Shown one piece after another: positions 1 through 10,496 of a stretch of DNA of 64,000 nt (within the stretch, counting starts at the first letter, position 1; every line of letters starts with the position of its first letter). The stretch is from assembly GCA_021325455.1 (NCBI GenBank), contig JAJPHD010000009.1, positions 65,792-129,791 on the forward strand. The letters are read 5' to 3'. The DNA comes from Actinomycetota bacterium (GTDB lineage: Bacteria > Actinomycetota > Acidimicrobiia > Acidimicrobiales > JAJPHD01). The position numbers and the translations under genes are program-made. Under the pieces are notes generated by a model that saw nothing but the letters and a program-made list of their open reading frames with translations, was not told the origin of the DNA and ran no database searches.

Positions 1-33
1 CCGGTGCCCACCGCCCGCCAGGCCACCCCGTGA
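1..33 (+). CDS. 3' end of upstream gene, probably MoxR-family AAA ATPase (partial)
   Basis: Frame 1 reads PVPTARQATP*. MoxR proteins often end in ...VPVP and usually precede DUF58 and transglutaminase genes. Confidence 0.35.
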   Translation, partial: PVPTARQATP

Positions 34-48
34 CCCAGCGGTGAGCTG

Positions 49-1287
49 ATGCCCAGCAGGCGAGGGTGGGAGGTGCTGGCCCTCGGGCTGGCAGTCATCA
101 TCCTCGGCCGGGTCCTGGGCCTGATCTCCCTCTACATGATCGGCACCGCCGCCATCGTCCTGGTGGGCGCGGCGGTGGCATGGGTCCGCCTGCACCGCTT
201 CGAGCTGGTCGCCACCAGGATCCTGCGCCCCGCCCGGGTGGAGATGGGGTCGGCCGCCACCGTCGAGCTCCTCGTCAGCAACTACGGCATACGGCGCTCG
301 CCGGTGCTCCTAGCCTCCGACCCCCTGGACGGCGGCCGGCGGGTGGCAGCCTTCGCCCTGGCCCCGCTCCAGCCAGGGGAGATGGGGAAGGCCACTTACC
401 GGGTGCCGACCGAGCGGCGCGGCATCCAATGGGTCGGGCCGCTCGACCTGGAGTTGAGGGACCCCTTCGGCGTGGCATCGATGCATGTCCGGGCGGCCGA
501 GACCTCCCGGTTGACCGTGCTGCCCCGGATCGAGCGCGTCCCCCCACCGCCGGCAGGGCTCGGGTCGCACCCCGACTCGGGCCTCCACCAGCCCACCCTG
601 CGGGGGAGGAGGGGCGAGGACTTCTACAGCCTGCGCCCCTACACGGTGGGCGACGACCTCCGGCGGGTCCACTGGCCATCGACCGCCCGGTTGGACGAGC
701 TCATGATCCGCCAGGACGAGCGGCCCCGCCAGGACCAGGTCACGGTCCTGCTGGACCGGCGGCGGGCCGTGCACGATCGCGCCACCCTGGAGCTGGCCGT
801 CTCCGCGGCAGCAAGCATCGTGGCCTCGGTGGCGTGGCGGGGGCGGGGCCTCGTCCGCCTGGTGGACACCAGCGGCACGGACACCGGCTACGGCATCGGG
901 GCGGCGCATGCCGACCGCATCATGGACCGCTTGGCCCAGGTGGCCGGCGACGGGCCCTCGTCGTGGACGCCGGGGCTGCACCGCATCCGCTCGCAGCCGG
1001 GGGCCGGTGTGCTGGTCTTCGTCACCACCGAGGCCGCAGGCGACTCCGAGGTGGAGGGCCTGGAGCACCTGCATCCCCGGTTCTCGCCCATCACCGTCAT
1101 GGTCGATGGCCCGGAGGGGACCTCGGCCGCCGGCCAGGCCGGCGAGGGCCGCCCCAGGGTGGTGCGATGCGGCCAGGGAAGGCCGTTCCGGGACGCCTGG
1201 GCAGCGGCTGTCGGCGAGGGGCGGGCGGTGGCCCCGGGATGGAGGCCGCACCTGGCCCGCCCCAAGAACGCAGGGGGACACAGGTGA
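49..1287 (+). CDS. DUF58 domain-containing protein
   Basis: N-terminal TM hairpin, DPFG motif, LRPYTVGDDLRRVHWPSTAR signature. Confidence 0.9.
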   Translation: MPSRRGWEVLALGLAVIILGRVLGLISLYMIGTAAIVLVGAAVAWVRLHRFELVATRILRPARVEMGSAATVELLVSNYGIRRSPVLLASDPLDGGRRVAAFALAPLQPGEMGKATYRVPTERRGIQWVGPLDLELRDPFGVASMHVRAAETSRLTVLPRIERVPPPPAGLGSHPDSGLHQPTLRGRRGEDFYSLRPYTVGDDLRRVHWPSTARLDELMIRQDERPRQDQVTVLLDRRRAVHDRATLELAVSAAASIVASVAWRGRGLVRLVDTSGTDTGYGIGAAHADRIMDRLAQVAGDGPSSWTPGLHRIRSQPGAGVLVFVTTEAAGDSEVEGLEHLHPRFSPITVMVDGPEGTSAAGQAGEGRPRVVRCGQGRPFRDAWAAAVGEGRAVAPGWRPHLARPKNAGGHR

Positions 1288-3761
1288 GGGCCCCCTACAC
1301 AGGCACGGCTGCCCGCCGTGTGGGGGTCCCGGTGGCTCGCAGCAGAGCCGGGCCGGCCGGCCACCTCCCGGCCACCTTGGCCCTCTCGGCGGTCACGCTC
1401 GTCACCGCGGCGGGGATGGGCCGGCTCTTCGAGGGGCTTTCCTACCTGCCCCCCGTCCTGCTGGCCGGCGCCGCCGCCCACCTCCTTGCCTTCGCCCTGC
1501 GCCGGTGGCGGGTCCCCGTGCCCCTGGCCGCCCTGGCCAGCGCGGCCGAGGTGGTGCTGGTGCCCACCTGGGTCGTCTTCCCGTCCCGGACCCTGTGGGG
1601 GATCCCCATCGGTGACACCTGGGCCAGCGTCACCAATGCCCTGGCCCAGTCCCGCCTGGACTTCCAGACCATGCACGCCCCAGCGCCGGCCACGGCCGGG
1701 TTCCTGTTCCTGGCCATGGCGGGCATCGGCGTGGCGGCGGTGCTGGCCGACGCCGCGGCACTGCGCCTGGGGACGGCCATAGAGGGGCTCCTCCCCTCCT
1801 TCGGGATCCTGATCTTCACCGCCGGACTCGGCGTCAGCTCAGGGCGGGCGGCAGCCACCGGGGGCTGGGTGGCGGCTTCCCTGGTCTTCCTCCTGACCGT
1901 CGAGGTGGAGCACCGGTGGGGCTCGCTGGCCCACTTCACCACCGGCACCGGCGCTCGCTGGATGCTCGCCACTGCCGGCGCCGCCCTCTCCGTGGTGGCC
2001 ATCCTCGGGGCCCTCGCTGTCGGACCCAGCCTGCCCGGCGCCGGTGCCCGGGCCCTGGTGAACTGGCACAGCCAGGGAGGCACGGGCAGGAGGGTGGCCC
2101 TCAGCCCCCTGGTGGACATCAGGGCCGAGCTCCTGAAGCCGTCGCGGATCGAGGTCTTCACGGTGGCCACCTCTGCTCCGGCCGGCTCGTACTGGCGCCT
2201 CACGGCCCTGGACGACTTCAACGGGGTGGAGTGGTCCGCCGACGACTACTACCGCCAGGTCGGCTCCGCCCTGCCGGGGGGGGCGGGGCCCGAGACCACC
2301 AGGACCCTCACCCAGACCGTCACCATCAAGTCCCTCGACAGCGCCTGGCTGCCCGCCGCCTACCGCCCGGTGGCCGTGAGCGGGGTGCCCGGGGCCACCT
2401 TCGACCCCCGGTCCGCCAGCCTCATAGCCCCTTCAGCCACCACCAGGGGCCTGCGCTACACAGTGGTGTCCCGGGTCCCCAGCTTCACCCCCGCCGAGCT
2501 GAGCACGGCCAGGGTCGACACCGGGGACCCTGCCCTGGCCCGCTACCTGGCCCTGCCTTCGTCCCTGCCCCCCGCCATCGTCTCCCTGGCGCACCAGGTC
2601 GTGAGAGGCCAGACCACCCCCTACGGCAAGGCCCTCGCCCTGCAGGAGTTCTTCCGGCGCAACTTCACCTACAGCCTCAACGTCCCAGCCAGCAGCTCCG
2701 ATGACGCCCTGGTGCAGTTCCTCTTCCACACCAGGAAGGGCTACTGCCAGCAGTTCGCAGGGGCCTACGCCGTCATGGCCAGGGCCGTGGGCCTGCCCGC
2801 CCGGGTGGCGGTGGGCTTCACCCAGGGCCAGCGCTCCGCCAACGGCGTCTACCACGTGCTGGCCCTCGACGCCCACGCCTGGCCCGAGGTGGACCTCGGC
2901 CAGTTCGGCTGGGTGCCCTTCGAGCCCACGCCGGGCCGGGGAGCGGCGGCGGCCGCCACCTACACCCATGTCCAGCCGGCCCAGGCCAACCCGGCCACGG
3001 CACCGGCCGCCACCGCCACCACCACGGCCACCACGACGGCCACCACTCCGGGGACGGCCAGGACCGGGGGGTCCTCCAAGATCGCCCCCCAGCTCCTGGG
3101 GCGGGGGCGGTTCCGGGCCGGAGGCGCCTCTCCGGCACCAGGCGGACGGTCCCGTGCTGCCAGCCCCGCCGCCGCCGACGCCGGGTGGGCCTTGCTCAGC
3201 ACGATCGGGTTGGCGGCCCTTTGCCTGTGCTGCGTCCCCGCCCTGCTGCTGGCCCGCCGCCGGCGCCGGCGGGCCAGGGCGGCCGGCGAGGCCGAACGGG
3301 TACTGCTTGCCTTCGCCGAGGCCAGCGAGTCCCTGGCCCGCCTGGGGCGGGTGCGCCATCCGGCAGAGACCTTTGCCCAGTACGCGCGCCGGGTTGCTCC
3401 GGGGCTCCCACCTGACGCCGCCCGGGCCGTCATCTTCCTCGCCGAGGCGGCCGAGCGAGCGGCCTTTGCCCCGGACGGCTCCTACGCCGGTGCCAGCGGG
3501 GGAAGAGCGGCGGCCGCCCTGGGCAAGGTCAATCGGGCCGTCCGGGACCAGGTCCCCGCTTCCCGCCGGCTGGCCTGGTGGTTCGATCCTCGCCCCCTTC
3601 TGGGCGGCGCACGGCGCCCCGACCAGGCAGGGGGCGCCCCCCTGTCCCTGGTTGCCCGCCTGGCCAGCCAGGACTTCGAGCTGCGGGTGAGCTCTCTCGA
3701 TCCCGAGCTGGAGGAGGAGGCCGTCACCAGCAGCCCCAGGGAGCCGGCCACGCACCCGTAG
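1284..3761 (+). CDS. Membrane transglutaminase-like protein (TgpA/DUF3488 type)
   Basis: GTG at 1284 overlaps the DUF58 stop (GTGA). Multi-TM N-terminus, YWR motif, GYCQQFA, ARVAVGF, DAHAWPEV and GWVPFEPTP motifs. Confidence 0.9.
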   Translation: MRAPYTGTAARRVGVPVARSRAGPAGHLPATLALSAVTLVTAAGMGRLFEGLSYLPPVLLAGAAAHLLAFALRRWRVPVPLAALASAAEVVLVPTWVVFPSRTLWGIPIGDTWASVTNALAQSRLDFQTMHAPAPATAGFLFLAMAGIGVAAVLADAAALRLGTAIEGLLPSFGILIFTAGLGVSSGRAAATGGWVAASLVFLLTVEVEHRWGSLAHFTTGTGARWMLATAGAALSVVAILGALAVGPSLPGAGARALVNWHSQGGTGRRVALSPLVDIRAELLKPSRIEVFTVATSAPAGSYWRLTALDDFNGVEWSADDYYRQVGSALPGGAGPETTRTLTQTVTIKSLDSAWLPAAYRPVAVSGVPGATFDPRSASLIAPSATTRGLRYTVVSRVPSFTPAELSTARVDTGDPALARYLALPSSLPPAIVSLAHQVVRGQTTPYGKALALQEFFRRNFTYSLNVPASSSDDALVQFLFHTRKGYCQQFAGAYAVMARAVGLPARVAVGFTQGQRSANGVYHVLALDAHAWPEVDLGQFGWVPFEPTPGRGAAAAATYTHVQPAQANPATAPAATATTTATTTATTPGTARTGGSSKIAPQLLGRGRFRAGGASPAPGGRSRAASPAAADAGWALLSTIGLAALCLCCVPALLLARRRRRRARAAGEAERVLLAFAEASESLARLGRVRHPAETFAQYARRVAPGLPPDAARAVIFLAEAAERAAFAPDGSYAGASGGRAAAALGKVNRAVRDQVPASRRLAWWFDPRPLLGGARRPDQAGGAPLSLVARLASQDFELRVSSLDPELEEEAVTSSPREPATHP

Positions 3762-3909
3762 ACGAGGAGGGCAAGCCGGGGGCTCCACAACTCCCCCGGT
3801 GAGCAAGCTCGCCCGGTGTTAGTTAGTCACCCCGGCAGCCCGGCCAGGCCATGGCCCGCCCGCCCCTCCCGGGGAGACCGCCGGTAGGCCCGGGCTCAGG
3901 CCCGATGGC

Positions 3910-4278
3910 CTACTCCTGACGAAAGCGGTCCCGGAAGTGCAGACGCACTCCCGGCTCTCGGGGGACCGAGCGGCCCCGGATGGACCCCGACAACTCCGCC
4001 CAGCCCGCCCGGGCAACGCTCCTGAGGTGGCGCTCCACGTAGATACTGGCCCCCAGCATCACGAGGAACCCCAGTGCCCCGAGGACGAGGGAGGTCGAGA
4101 AGCTGGCGAGCAGCAGGGCCAGGCCGCCCACGAACCACAACAGGCCCCACTTGCAGCTGCGCCCGGGCCGCCGGCCGGGGCCATCGCTGCCGACCCTGTG
4201 AGCGAGGACGGGATCGTGCTCGTAGAAGGAGCGCTCTATCTGCTCGAGGATGCGTTGCTCATGCTCGGACAGCGGCAC
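3910..4278 (-). CDS. DUF3040 domain-containing membrane protein
   Basis: MPLSEHEQRILEQIERSFYEHDP followed by two TM helices. Typical position downstream of dinB. Confidence 0.88.
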   Translation of the reverse strand: MPLSEHEQRILEQIERSFYEHDPVLAHRVGSDGPGRRPGRSCKWGLLWFVGGLALLLASFSTSLVLGALGFLVMLGASIYVERHLRSVARAGWAELSGSIRGRSVPREPGVRLHFRDRFRQE

Positions 4279-4339
4279 CGTGCCCTCCTAGCTCCCCCCT
4301 CTGGTTGCCCATGCTTGCAGCTGTCCGTACCGGCATCCC

Positions 4340-5710
4340 CTACTCCTCCGCCCCAAGATCATCGCGCATGCCACGGTCCTCAACAACGCGAGCCCCCCGC
4401 TCAGGCCCCCCAGGCGGCGTCCGGGGGCGGCTGGCCCGTGCGCCTCCCTGGGCCGGCCCCCACTGGGTGTCCCCCGCCCTCTTCACCTCGAGCCTGCGTC
4501 CCCGGGCCAGGGTGGCGGGGCCAACGGCGTCCTCTCCGAAGAGCTCCCGGACCCGGTCCACCGCTGCCGAGGCCGCTCCCCAGTCACCGGGGGGCCCGTC
4601 ATCGCCGCCCAGGCCCTCGAAGCTGAGCTGGTGCCCGGACCTTTGGCCTCCCGCCGAGGTGAGGCCGGAGACGGCTACGCCGAGCAGCCTCACACCGGTT
4701 CGGACGTCCACCCCTTGGAGCAGCCGGACTGCTGCCCGGGCGATAGGGGGACCGTCGGCCACGGGGTGGGCGCCGGTATGGGACCGGGTGATGGTGGAGA
4801 AGTCAGCGAAGCGCACCTTGATGGTGACCGTCCGGCCCTCCCGGCCCGCCCGGCGCAGTCGGGAGGCCACGGCGTCGGCCATACGCACGGCTTGGCGCTC
4901 GATCTCGGACCGGTCCACCAGGTCCTCGGGGTAGGTCTCCTCGTGCCCGATGGACTTGACCTCCCGGTCGGGCTCCACGGCCCGCGGGTCCCGGGCCCAG
5001 GACAGCTCGTGCAGCTGGCGGCCAGCGGCCTTGCCGAAGACGGCGACCAGGGCCGCCGGTGGCACGGCCGCCAGGTCCCCCACCGTCTGGACCCCCATGC
5101 GGGCCAGCCGCGACGCCGAGGCCGGTCCCACTCCCCAGAGGGCTCGCACGGGCAAAGGGTGCAAGAAGGCCAGCTCCTCCTCGGCGGGCACGACCACCAC
5201 CCCAGGTCCCGGGACGGTCCCGGTTGGGGTGGGGCGGGGCTTGGCCGCCTTGGATGCCAGCTTGGCGATCAGCTTGGACCGGGCCACCCCTACCGAGCAG
5301 TCCAGGCCCAGCCGGTTCCTTACCTCCCGGCGGACCTGCCAGGCGATGACGGGGCCGGGGCCGAAGAGCCGCCTGCCCCCCGAGACGTCCAGGAAGGCCT
5401 CGTCCAGCGCAATGCCTTCGACCAGGGGGGTGAAGGAGCCCAGCACCTCGTGGAGCCGCCGGCTCGCCTCGGCATAGGCCTCGTAGCGCCCGGGGAGGAA
5501 GATGGCCTGGGGGCAGAGCTGGCGGGCCCGTGCTGACGGCATGGCCGAGCGCACGCCGTAGAAGCGAGCCTCGTAGGAGCAGGACGCCACCACACCCCTG
5601 GGCCCCGACCCTCCCACGATGACGGGGAGCCCTGCCAGCGAAGGGTCGGCCTGCACCTCCACGGCCACGAAGAAGGCGTCCATGTCGACGTGCAGGATCG
5701 AGAGGTCCAA
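4340..5710 (-). CDS. dinB: DNA polymerase IV
   Basis: ILHVDMDAFF, SCSYEARFYGVRS, IALDEAFLD, KLASKAAKP. Start trimmed to TTG at 5710. Confidence 0.93.
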   Translation of the reverse strand: MDLSILHVDMDAFFVAVEVQADPSLAGLPVIVGGSGPRGVVASCSYEARFYGVRSAMPSARARQLCPQAIFLPGRYEAYAEASRRLHEVLGSFTPLVEGIALDEAFLDVSGGRRLFGPGPVIAWQVRREVRNRLGLDCSVGVARSKLIAKLASKAAKPRPTPTGTVPGPGVVVVPAEEELAFLHPLPVRALWGVGPASASRLARMGVQTVGDLAAVPPAALVAVFGKAAGRQLHELSWARDPRAVEPDREVKSIGHEETYPEDLVDRSEIERQAVRMADAVASRLRRAGREGRTVTIKVRFADFSTITRSHTGAHPVADGPPIARAAVRLLQGVDVRTGVRLLGVAVSGLTSAGGQRSGHQLSFEGLGGDDGPPGDWGAASAAVDRVRELFGEDAVGPATLARGRRLEVKRAGDTQWGPAQGGARASRPRTPPGGPERGARVVEDRGMRDDLGAEE

Positions 5711-5768
5711 AGACCTCTTCCCCCCTCCGGGGTTCAGGTCACCGGGCCCACCGGCCGGTGGCAAGCCC

Positions 5769-6536
5769 TCACCCCCGCAGCCGGAGCCTCCGGAACGCTT
5801 CGGCGAACCGGACCCCCGCCCTCTCACCGGCCTCGGCCGCACGCCGGCGGACCGCCTCCTCGGCCCAGGAGCCGGGGGTCCCTACCTGGGAGGCATGGCA
5901 GAGCACGGCCCGGACCTTGGCCTCGATGGTGTCGGACACGTCGACCCAGACGTCTGGCACCAGGGTCCCGGACAGGTAGATGACATCGACCTGGTGGGCC
6001 GGGCCAGCATCGGGGAAGTAGAGGGGGAGCGCCGCCGCCGGTGACACGGCATCGAGGGTGGCCCACCCGATCACCCGGTGGTCACGGTGGTTGAGGTACT
6101 CCTGCCCGAACACCGCCGCCTCTGGGTCGGGGCACACCACCACCTCCGGGCGCAGCTTGCGGACCAGGGCCACCAGCTCGGCCCGGAGGGCCCGGTCGTC
6201 CTCGAGCTCCCCATCGAGGCGGCCGAGGTGGTGCTGGCCGGCCACGCCGATCTCGGAGCCGGCGGCAGCCACCTCGCCCGCCCGGCGGGCCACCAGCTCG
6301 GCGGGCCGGGCCTCCGGGTCCAGGGTCCCCTTGTCGCCCCTGGTGGCGATGGCCACGTGAACCTCGGCCCCCATCCGGCTCCAGCGGGCCAGGGTCCCGC
6401 CGCATGACACGTCGGGGTCGTCTGGATGAGCATAGACGGCGAGCACGCGCCCGGGGCGGTCCTCCACCAGCTCAGCGGGGCCTGGATGGGCTTCCAGCAC
6501 CTCCCGCCCCAGGGCCGGCGCCCCTGCCACCTCCAT
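5769..6536 (-). CDS. PIG-L/LmbE family deacetylase
   Basis: AHPDD, TRGDKG, NHRDH, HASQ and AEAF motifs. Confidence 0.9.
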   Translation of the reverse strand: MEVAGAPALGREVLEAHPGPAELVEDRPGRVLAVYAHPDDPDVSCGGTLARWSRMGAEVHVAIATRGDKGTLDPEARPAELVARRAGEVAAAGSEIGVAGQHHLGRLDGELEDDRALRAELVALVRKLRPEVVVCPDPEAAVFGQEYLNHRDHRVIGWATLDAVSPAAALPLYFPDAGPAHQVDVIYLSGTLVPDVWVDVSDTIEAKVRAVLCHASQVGTPGSWAEEAVRRRAAEAGERAGVRFAEAFRRLRLRG

Positions 6537-6554
6537 GCCCGCCCGCCCCAGTCT

Positions 6555-7580
6555 CTAGGGGACGCTGGCCAGGGCCTTCATGGCCCGGTCCACTCCCTCG
6601 TCGTCCACGTCGTGGTGGGTCACCAGGCGGACCACCCCGGGGGCGATGGTCCCGGCCAGCACGCCCTCTCCCTCCAGGTGCTGGAGGACCCTCTCCGGCT
6701 CTGGGTGGCGGAAGACAACGATGTTGGTGTCCACCCTCGCCGGCTCGCACCCGGAGTCCGGCCACCGATCGGCAACCGCCTCGGCCAGGCGTCGAGCCCG
6801 CTCGTGGTCCTCGCCCAGGCGATCGACCATGGTCCGCAGGGCCACCAGCCCGGCGGCGGCGATCACGCCCGCCTGGCGCATGGCCCCTCCCAGGCAGGCC
6901 CGTTCCTCCCTGGCCACCGACATGACGTCGGCCGGGCCCGCCAGCATGGAGCCCACCGGAGCGCACAGGCCCTTGGACAGGCAGCACATGACGGTCGTGG
7001 CCGCCCCCGCCCAGGTGGAGGCGGGAACGCCGCTGGCCACCTCGGCGTTGAACAGGCGGGCGCCGTCCATGTGCACGGGTAGAGGCCGGGCCGAGGAGGC
7101 CAGCTCCTGGAGGAGGCCCAGGCTCCAGACTCGCCCGCCCGAGGGCATGTGGGTGTTCTCCACGCACACCAGGCCGGGCTGGGGCCAGTGGTGGTCGGCC
7201 GTCTCCCTCACCCAGGCCACCTCGGCGGGTGAGATGGTCCCCTCGCTGTCGTCGAGGATGTGGAACTGGACCCCGGCGTTGCGGGCCGCCCCCCCGTGCT
7301 CGAAGGCCACGATGTGCTGTTGGCGCCCCGCTATCACCACGGCGCCTGGCCGCGTCAGGCTGCGCAGGGCCACCTGGTTGCCCATCACCCCGGAGGGCAC
7401 GAAGAGGGCTGCCTCCTTGCCGACGCGCTCGGCGAAGGCCTCCTCAAGGGCCACCACGGTGGGGTCCTCCCCGTACTGGTCGTCGCCCACCTCGGCCTCG
7501 GCCATGGCCCGGCGCATGGCGGGGGTGGGGCGGGTGACGGTGTCGGAGCGGAGGTCGACCAGACCGGCAGAAGTGCCCAT
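6555..7580 (-). CDS. ltaE: Low-specificity L-threonine aldolase
   Basis: [36 protein letters not shown] (PLP lysine). ATG 7580 lies 7 nt after TAGGGT; alternative start 7598. Confidence 0.92.
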   Translation of the reverse strand: MGTSAGLVDLRSDTVTRPTPAMRRAMAEAEVGDDQYGEDPTVVALEEAFAERVGKEAALFVPSGVMGNQVALRSLTRPGAVVIAGRQQHIVAFEHGGAARNAGVQFHILDDSEGTISPAEVAWVRETADHHWPQPGLVCVENTHMPSGGRVWSLGLLQELASSARPLPVHMDGARLFNAEVASGVPASTWAGAATTVMCCLSKGLCAPVGSMLAGPADVMSVAREERACLGGAMRQAGVIAAAGLVALRTMVDRLGEDHERARRLAEAVADRWPDSGCEPARVDTNIVVFRHPEPERVLQHLEGEGVLAGTIAPGVVRLVTHHDVDDEGVDRAMKALASVP

Positions 7581-7640
7581 ACCGCCAACCCTATCCATCC
7601 CGGCAGGCGCTCCCCAGCGCCGGGCCGCTAGACATCGTGC

Positions 7641-8447
7641 ATGCCTGACGCCGAACCCGCCGCCCTGCTGGAGCTGGCCACCTCCCTGGCCAGGAGGGCG
7701 GGCGCCCTGCTGGCCGAGGCTTCGGGGCGGGCCCGCACGGAGATCGGCACCAAGTCCAGCTCCACCGACATGGTGACGGAGATGGACCGGGCCAGCGAGG
7801 CGCTGATCCTCGGTGAGCTGGCCCGCTCACGCCCCGGAGACTCCATCCTGGCCGAGGAGGCCGGGACCAAGGGAGGGGACGGCCCCATCCGCTGGATCGT
7901 CGACCCCCTGGACGGGACGACCAACTACCTGTACGGCCTGCCCGCCTATGCCGTCTCCATCGCCGCCGAGGGCCCGGGGGGACCCCTTCTCGGTGTGGTG
8001 CACGATGCCAGCCGCCAGGAGACCTTCACTGCCCTGGCGGGCCAAGGTGCCTGGCTGAATGGCGTCCGTCTGCTCCGGCCCCCCGCGCCGGCTCTCGACC
8101 GCTGCCTGATCGGGACGGGCTTCGGCTATAGCTCCGAGCGCCGCCGGGCCCAGGCCAGGCTGCTGCCCACCGTGCTGCCCTCGGTGCGTGACATCCGCCG
8201 GGTGGGCTCGGCCGCCATCGATCTGTGCTGGGTGGCTGCCGGCCGCCTGGACGGCTTCTACGAGGCCGGCCTGGGCCCCTGGGACCTTGCCGCCGGCATG
8301 GTGGTGGCGGAGGAGGCAGGGGCCTGGGTGGGATCGGTCCCGGGCGGGGCCGAGCTCCCCGACATGGCGGTGGCCGCCGCCCCGGGCCTGTCCGGGCCGC
8401 TCACTGCCCTGCTGGAGGAGGCCAGGGACCGAGCAGGCAGGCCGTAG
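7641..8447 (+). CDS. suhB: Inositol monophosphatase family protein
   Basis: [31 protein letters not shown]. Confidence 0.88.
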   Translation: MPDAEPAALLELATSLARRAGALLAEASGRARTEIGTKSSSTDMVTEMDRASEALILGELARSRPGDSILAEEAGTKGGDGPIRWIVDPLDGTTNYLYGLPAYAVSIAAEGPGGPLLGVVHDASRQETFTALAGQGAWLNGVRLLRPPAPALDRCLIGTGFGYSSERRRAQARLLPTVLPSVRDIRRVGSAAIDLCWVAAGRLDGFYEAGLGPWDLAAGMVVAEEAGAWVGSVPGGAELPDMAVAAAPGLSGPLTALLEEARDRAGRP

Positions 8448-8453
8448 GGGGGC

Positions 8454-9482
8454 TCAGGAGAAGAACAGCTCGCCCACGTCGTGGAGCAGCGCCGGGTCGA
8501 TGAACTTGGGCGCCACCGCCTCCCCGAGGGGGACCCTCACGATCTCGCCCCCTTGGAGAGCCACCATCTGGTCGAAGGCCCCGTCATGGACCGCCTCCAC
8601 CGCAGCCACGCCGAAGCGGGTGGCCAGGACCCGGTCGAAGGCGGTCGGAGTGCCACCCCGCTGGATGTGACCGAGGATGGTCACCCGGGACTCGAAGCCG
8701 GTGCGGCGCTCGATCTCCTGGGCCAGCACGGAGCCGATCCCACCCAGGCGCTCGTGGCCGAACTGGTCCACCTCCCCTGAGCGGACGACCAGCGTCCCCT
8801 CCTTGGGCTTGGCCCCCTCGGCCACCACCACGATGGAGGCAAAGCGGCCCTTGTGGTGCCTCCGGGTCAGGCTGTCGCAGATGACGTCGATGTCGAAGGG
8901 CTCCTCGGGCACCACGATCTCCGCCGCCCCCCCGGCGATGCCGGCATAGGTGGCGATCCAGCCGGCGTGGCGGCCCATGACCTCGCACACGATCACCCTG
9001 TCGTGGGACTCGGCCGTGGTGTGCAGACGGTCTATGGCATCGGTGGCGATCTGCACGGCCGTGTGGAAGCCGAAGGTGACCTCGGTCCCCGACAGGTCGT
9101 TGTCGATGGTCTTGGGCACCCCCACCACCGGCAGACCGGCCCCGGCCAGCCGGTGGGCTACGCCCAGGGTATCCTCACCGCCCACGGCGATGACGGCATC
9201 GACGGCCTCGGCCTTGATGGTGGCCAGGACCGCCTCCTCCCCTCCCTCGACGCGGAATGGGTTGGTGCGGGACGTACCGAGGATCGTGCCCCCCCGGGGC
9301 AGGATGCCCCGGCACCTCTCCACGTCGAGGGGGATGACCCGGTCCTCGATGGCCCCCCTCCAGCCGTCGGCGAACCCCAGCACCACGTCCCCGAAGGAAA
9401 CCTCACCCTTGCGCACCACGGCCCTGATGACGGCGTTCAGCCCCGGGCAGTCCCCCCCACCGGTCAGGACACCGATTCGCAT
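8454..9482 (-). CDS. pfkA: 6-phosphofructokinase (actinobacterial GGED type)
   Basis: TGGGDCPGLN, GGEDT, PKTIDND, EVMGRHAG. Confidence 0.93.
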   Translation of the reverse strand: MRIGVLTGGGDCPGLNAVIRAVVRKGEVSFGDVVLGFADGWRGAIEDRVIPLDVERCRGILPRGGTILGTSRTNPFRVEGGEEAVLATIKAEAVDAVIAVGGEDTLGVAHRLAGAGLPVVGVPKTIDNDLSGTEVTFGFHTAVQIATDAIDRLHTTAESHDRVIVCEVMGRHAGWIATYAGIAGGAAEIVVPEEPFDIDVICDSLTRRHHKGRFASIVVVAEGAKPKEGTLVVRSGEVDQFGHERLGGIGSVLAQEIERRTGFESRVTILGHIQRGGTPTAFDRVLATRFGVAAVEAVHDGAFDQMVALQGGEIVRVPLGEAVAPKFIDPALLHDVGELFFS

Positions 9483-9514
9483 GGCCTCCCTCTCCTAGCT
9501 GGCGTCGCTTCCTC

Positions 9515-9964
9515 TCAGGCGCTGGTCCGGGCGATTATGACGTCGCAGGGGGCATGATGGGAAACCCTGTTGGGCACGCTGCCGATGAGGAACCTCCTAG
9601 CTCCGCTCATGCCCACGTTCCCCACCACTATCAGGCCGGCGCCCAGCTCGGAGGCCACGTCCAGGATGGCGGCCGCCGCCTCCCCCTCCACCGCCCGGGT
9701 CTCCACCTGCCTCACCCCTCGCCCGGCGGCGATGCCCCGTGCCTCGAGGAGCACCTCGTCCACCTCCTCCCTGGGGTTGATCATCCACCTGAGCTCCTCG
9801 GGCGTCTCCAGGCGCTGCCGGCGGAGCCTCTCCTCGGGCACCGGCTCGTAGGCGCTCACCACGACCAGGACCGAGCCCAGCCGGGCAGCCAGGTCAGCAG
9901 CCCGGCCCACGGCCAGGCTGGCCGTCTCCGAGCCATCGGTACCCACCACGATCGTGTCGTACAC
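9515..9964 (-). CDS. Universal stress protein
   Basis: IVVGTDGS ... LIVVGNVG ... GSVPNRVSHHAPCDV. GGAGGGAG RBS before GTG. Confidence 0.92.
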   Translation of the reverse strand: MYDTIVVGTDGSETASLAVGRAADLAARLGSVLVVVSAYEPVPEERLRRQRLETPEELRWMINPREEVDEVLLEARGIAAGRGVRQVETRAVEGEAAAAILDVASELGAGLIVVGNVGMSGARRFLIGSVPNRVSHHAPCDVIIARTSA

Positions 9965-10068
9965 GGCTCCCTCCGCCTCCAGGGGCCAGGACGGAAGGCC
10001 CCAGCTCCACCCCGACAGGCTAACCCAGCTGACTTTGGCCGACCCCCGGGGGTCACTAGCGTGGTCGT

Positions 10069-10461
10069 GTGCGGCTCCTCCGGTCGCTCCGAACCAAGGT
10101 GCGCGAGAACCTGGCCCTGCACCTCCTGGCCCTGTTCGTGGTGGCGGGCTGCTCGACAGCCGCCTGGTGGCAGCTGGGCCGGGCCCTGGGGGGCAACGGG
10201 CTCAGCTGGGCCTACGTGTTCGAGTGGCCCTTCTTCGCCATGTACGCGGTGTGGATGTGGTGGAAGCTCTCCCACGAGGACAAGGCCCAGGGCCCCGGCG
10301 CCCGGGCCCCCTCCCGGCCCCGGAGCCCCGAGGATGATGAAGCCGACCGGGTGGCAGCGGAGAGGCTGGCGGCCTACAACCAGTACCTGGCGGCCCTGGC
10401 TGCCGCCGACCGGGAGCGCCAACGCCAGCGGGGGGAGAGGCGCGGCCACGCCCGCCACTAG
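10069..10461 (+). CDS. Conserved actinobacterial two-TM hypothetical protein
   Basis: WWQLGRA...NGLSWAYVFEWPFFA and LAAYNQYLAAL motifs. TAGCGT 6 nt upstream of GTG. Confidence 0.75.
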   Translation: MRLLRSLRTKVRENLALHLLALFVVAGCSTAAWWQLGRALGGNGLSWAYVFEWPFFAMYAVWMWWKLSHEDKAQGPGARAPSRPRSPEDDEADRVAAERLAAYNQYLAALAAADRERQRQRGERRGHARH

Positions 10462-10496
10462 GCCGCGCCCGTCATCGGGTGATGATGGCCTCCACC

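Noticed and set aside
66-1283. Apparent 400-aa N-terminal extension of the transglutaminase ORF
   Set aside because: Arg/Gly/Pro-rich alternate frame of the DUF58 gene. The real start is the GTGA overlap at 1284.
2995-3050. Short ACC/GCC/ACG tandem repeats
   Set aside because: They encode an ordinary Thr/Ala linker and are not a CRISPR array or VNTR.
3482-3790. Minus-strand 102-aa ORF with a hydrophobic N-terminus overlapping the transglutaminase 3' end
   Set aside because: TTG start, extensive antisense overlap and no recognisable family.
5711-5830. SOS box upstream of dinB
   Set aside because: GAAC half-sites near 5793 and 5805 lack a correctly spaced GTTC.
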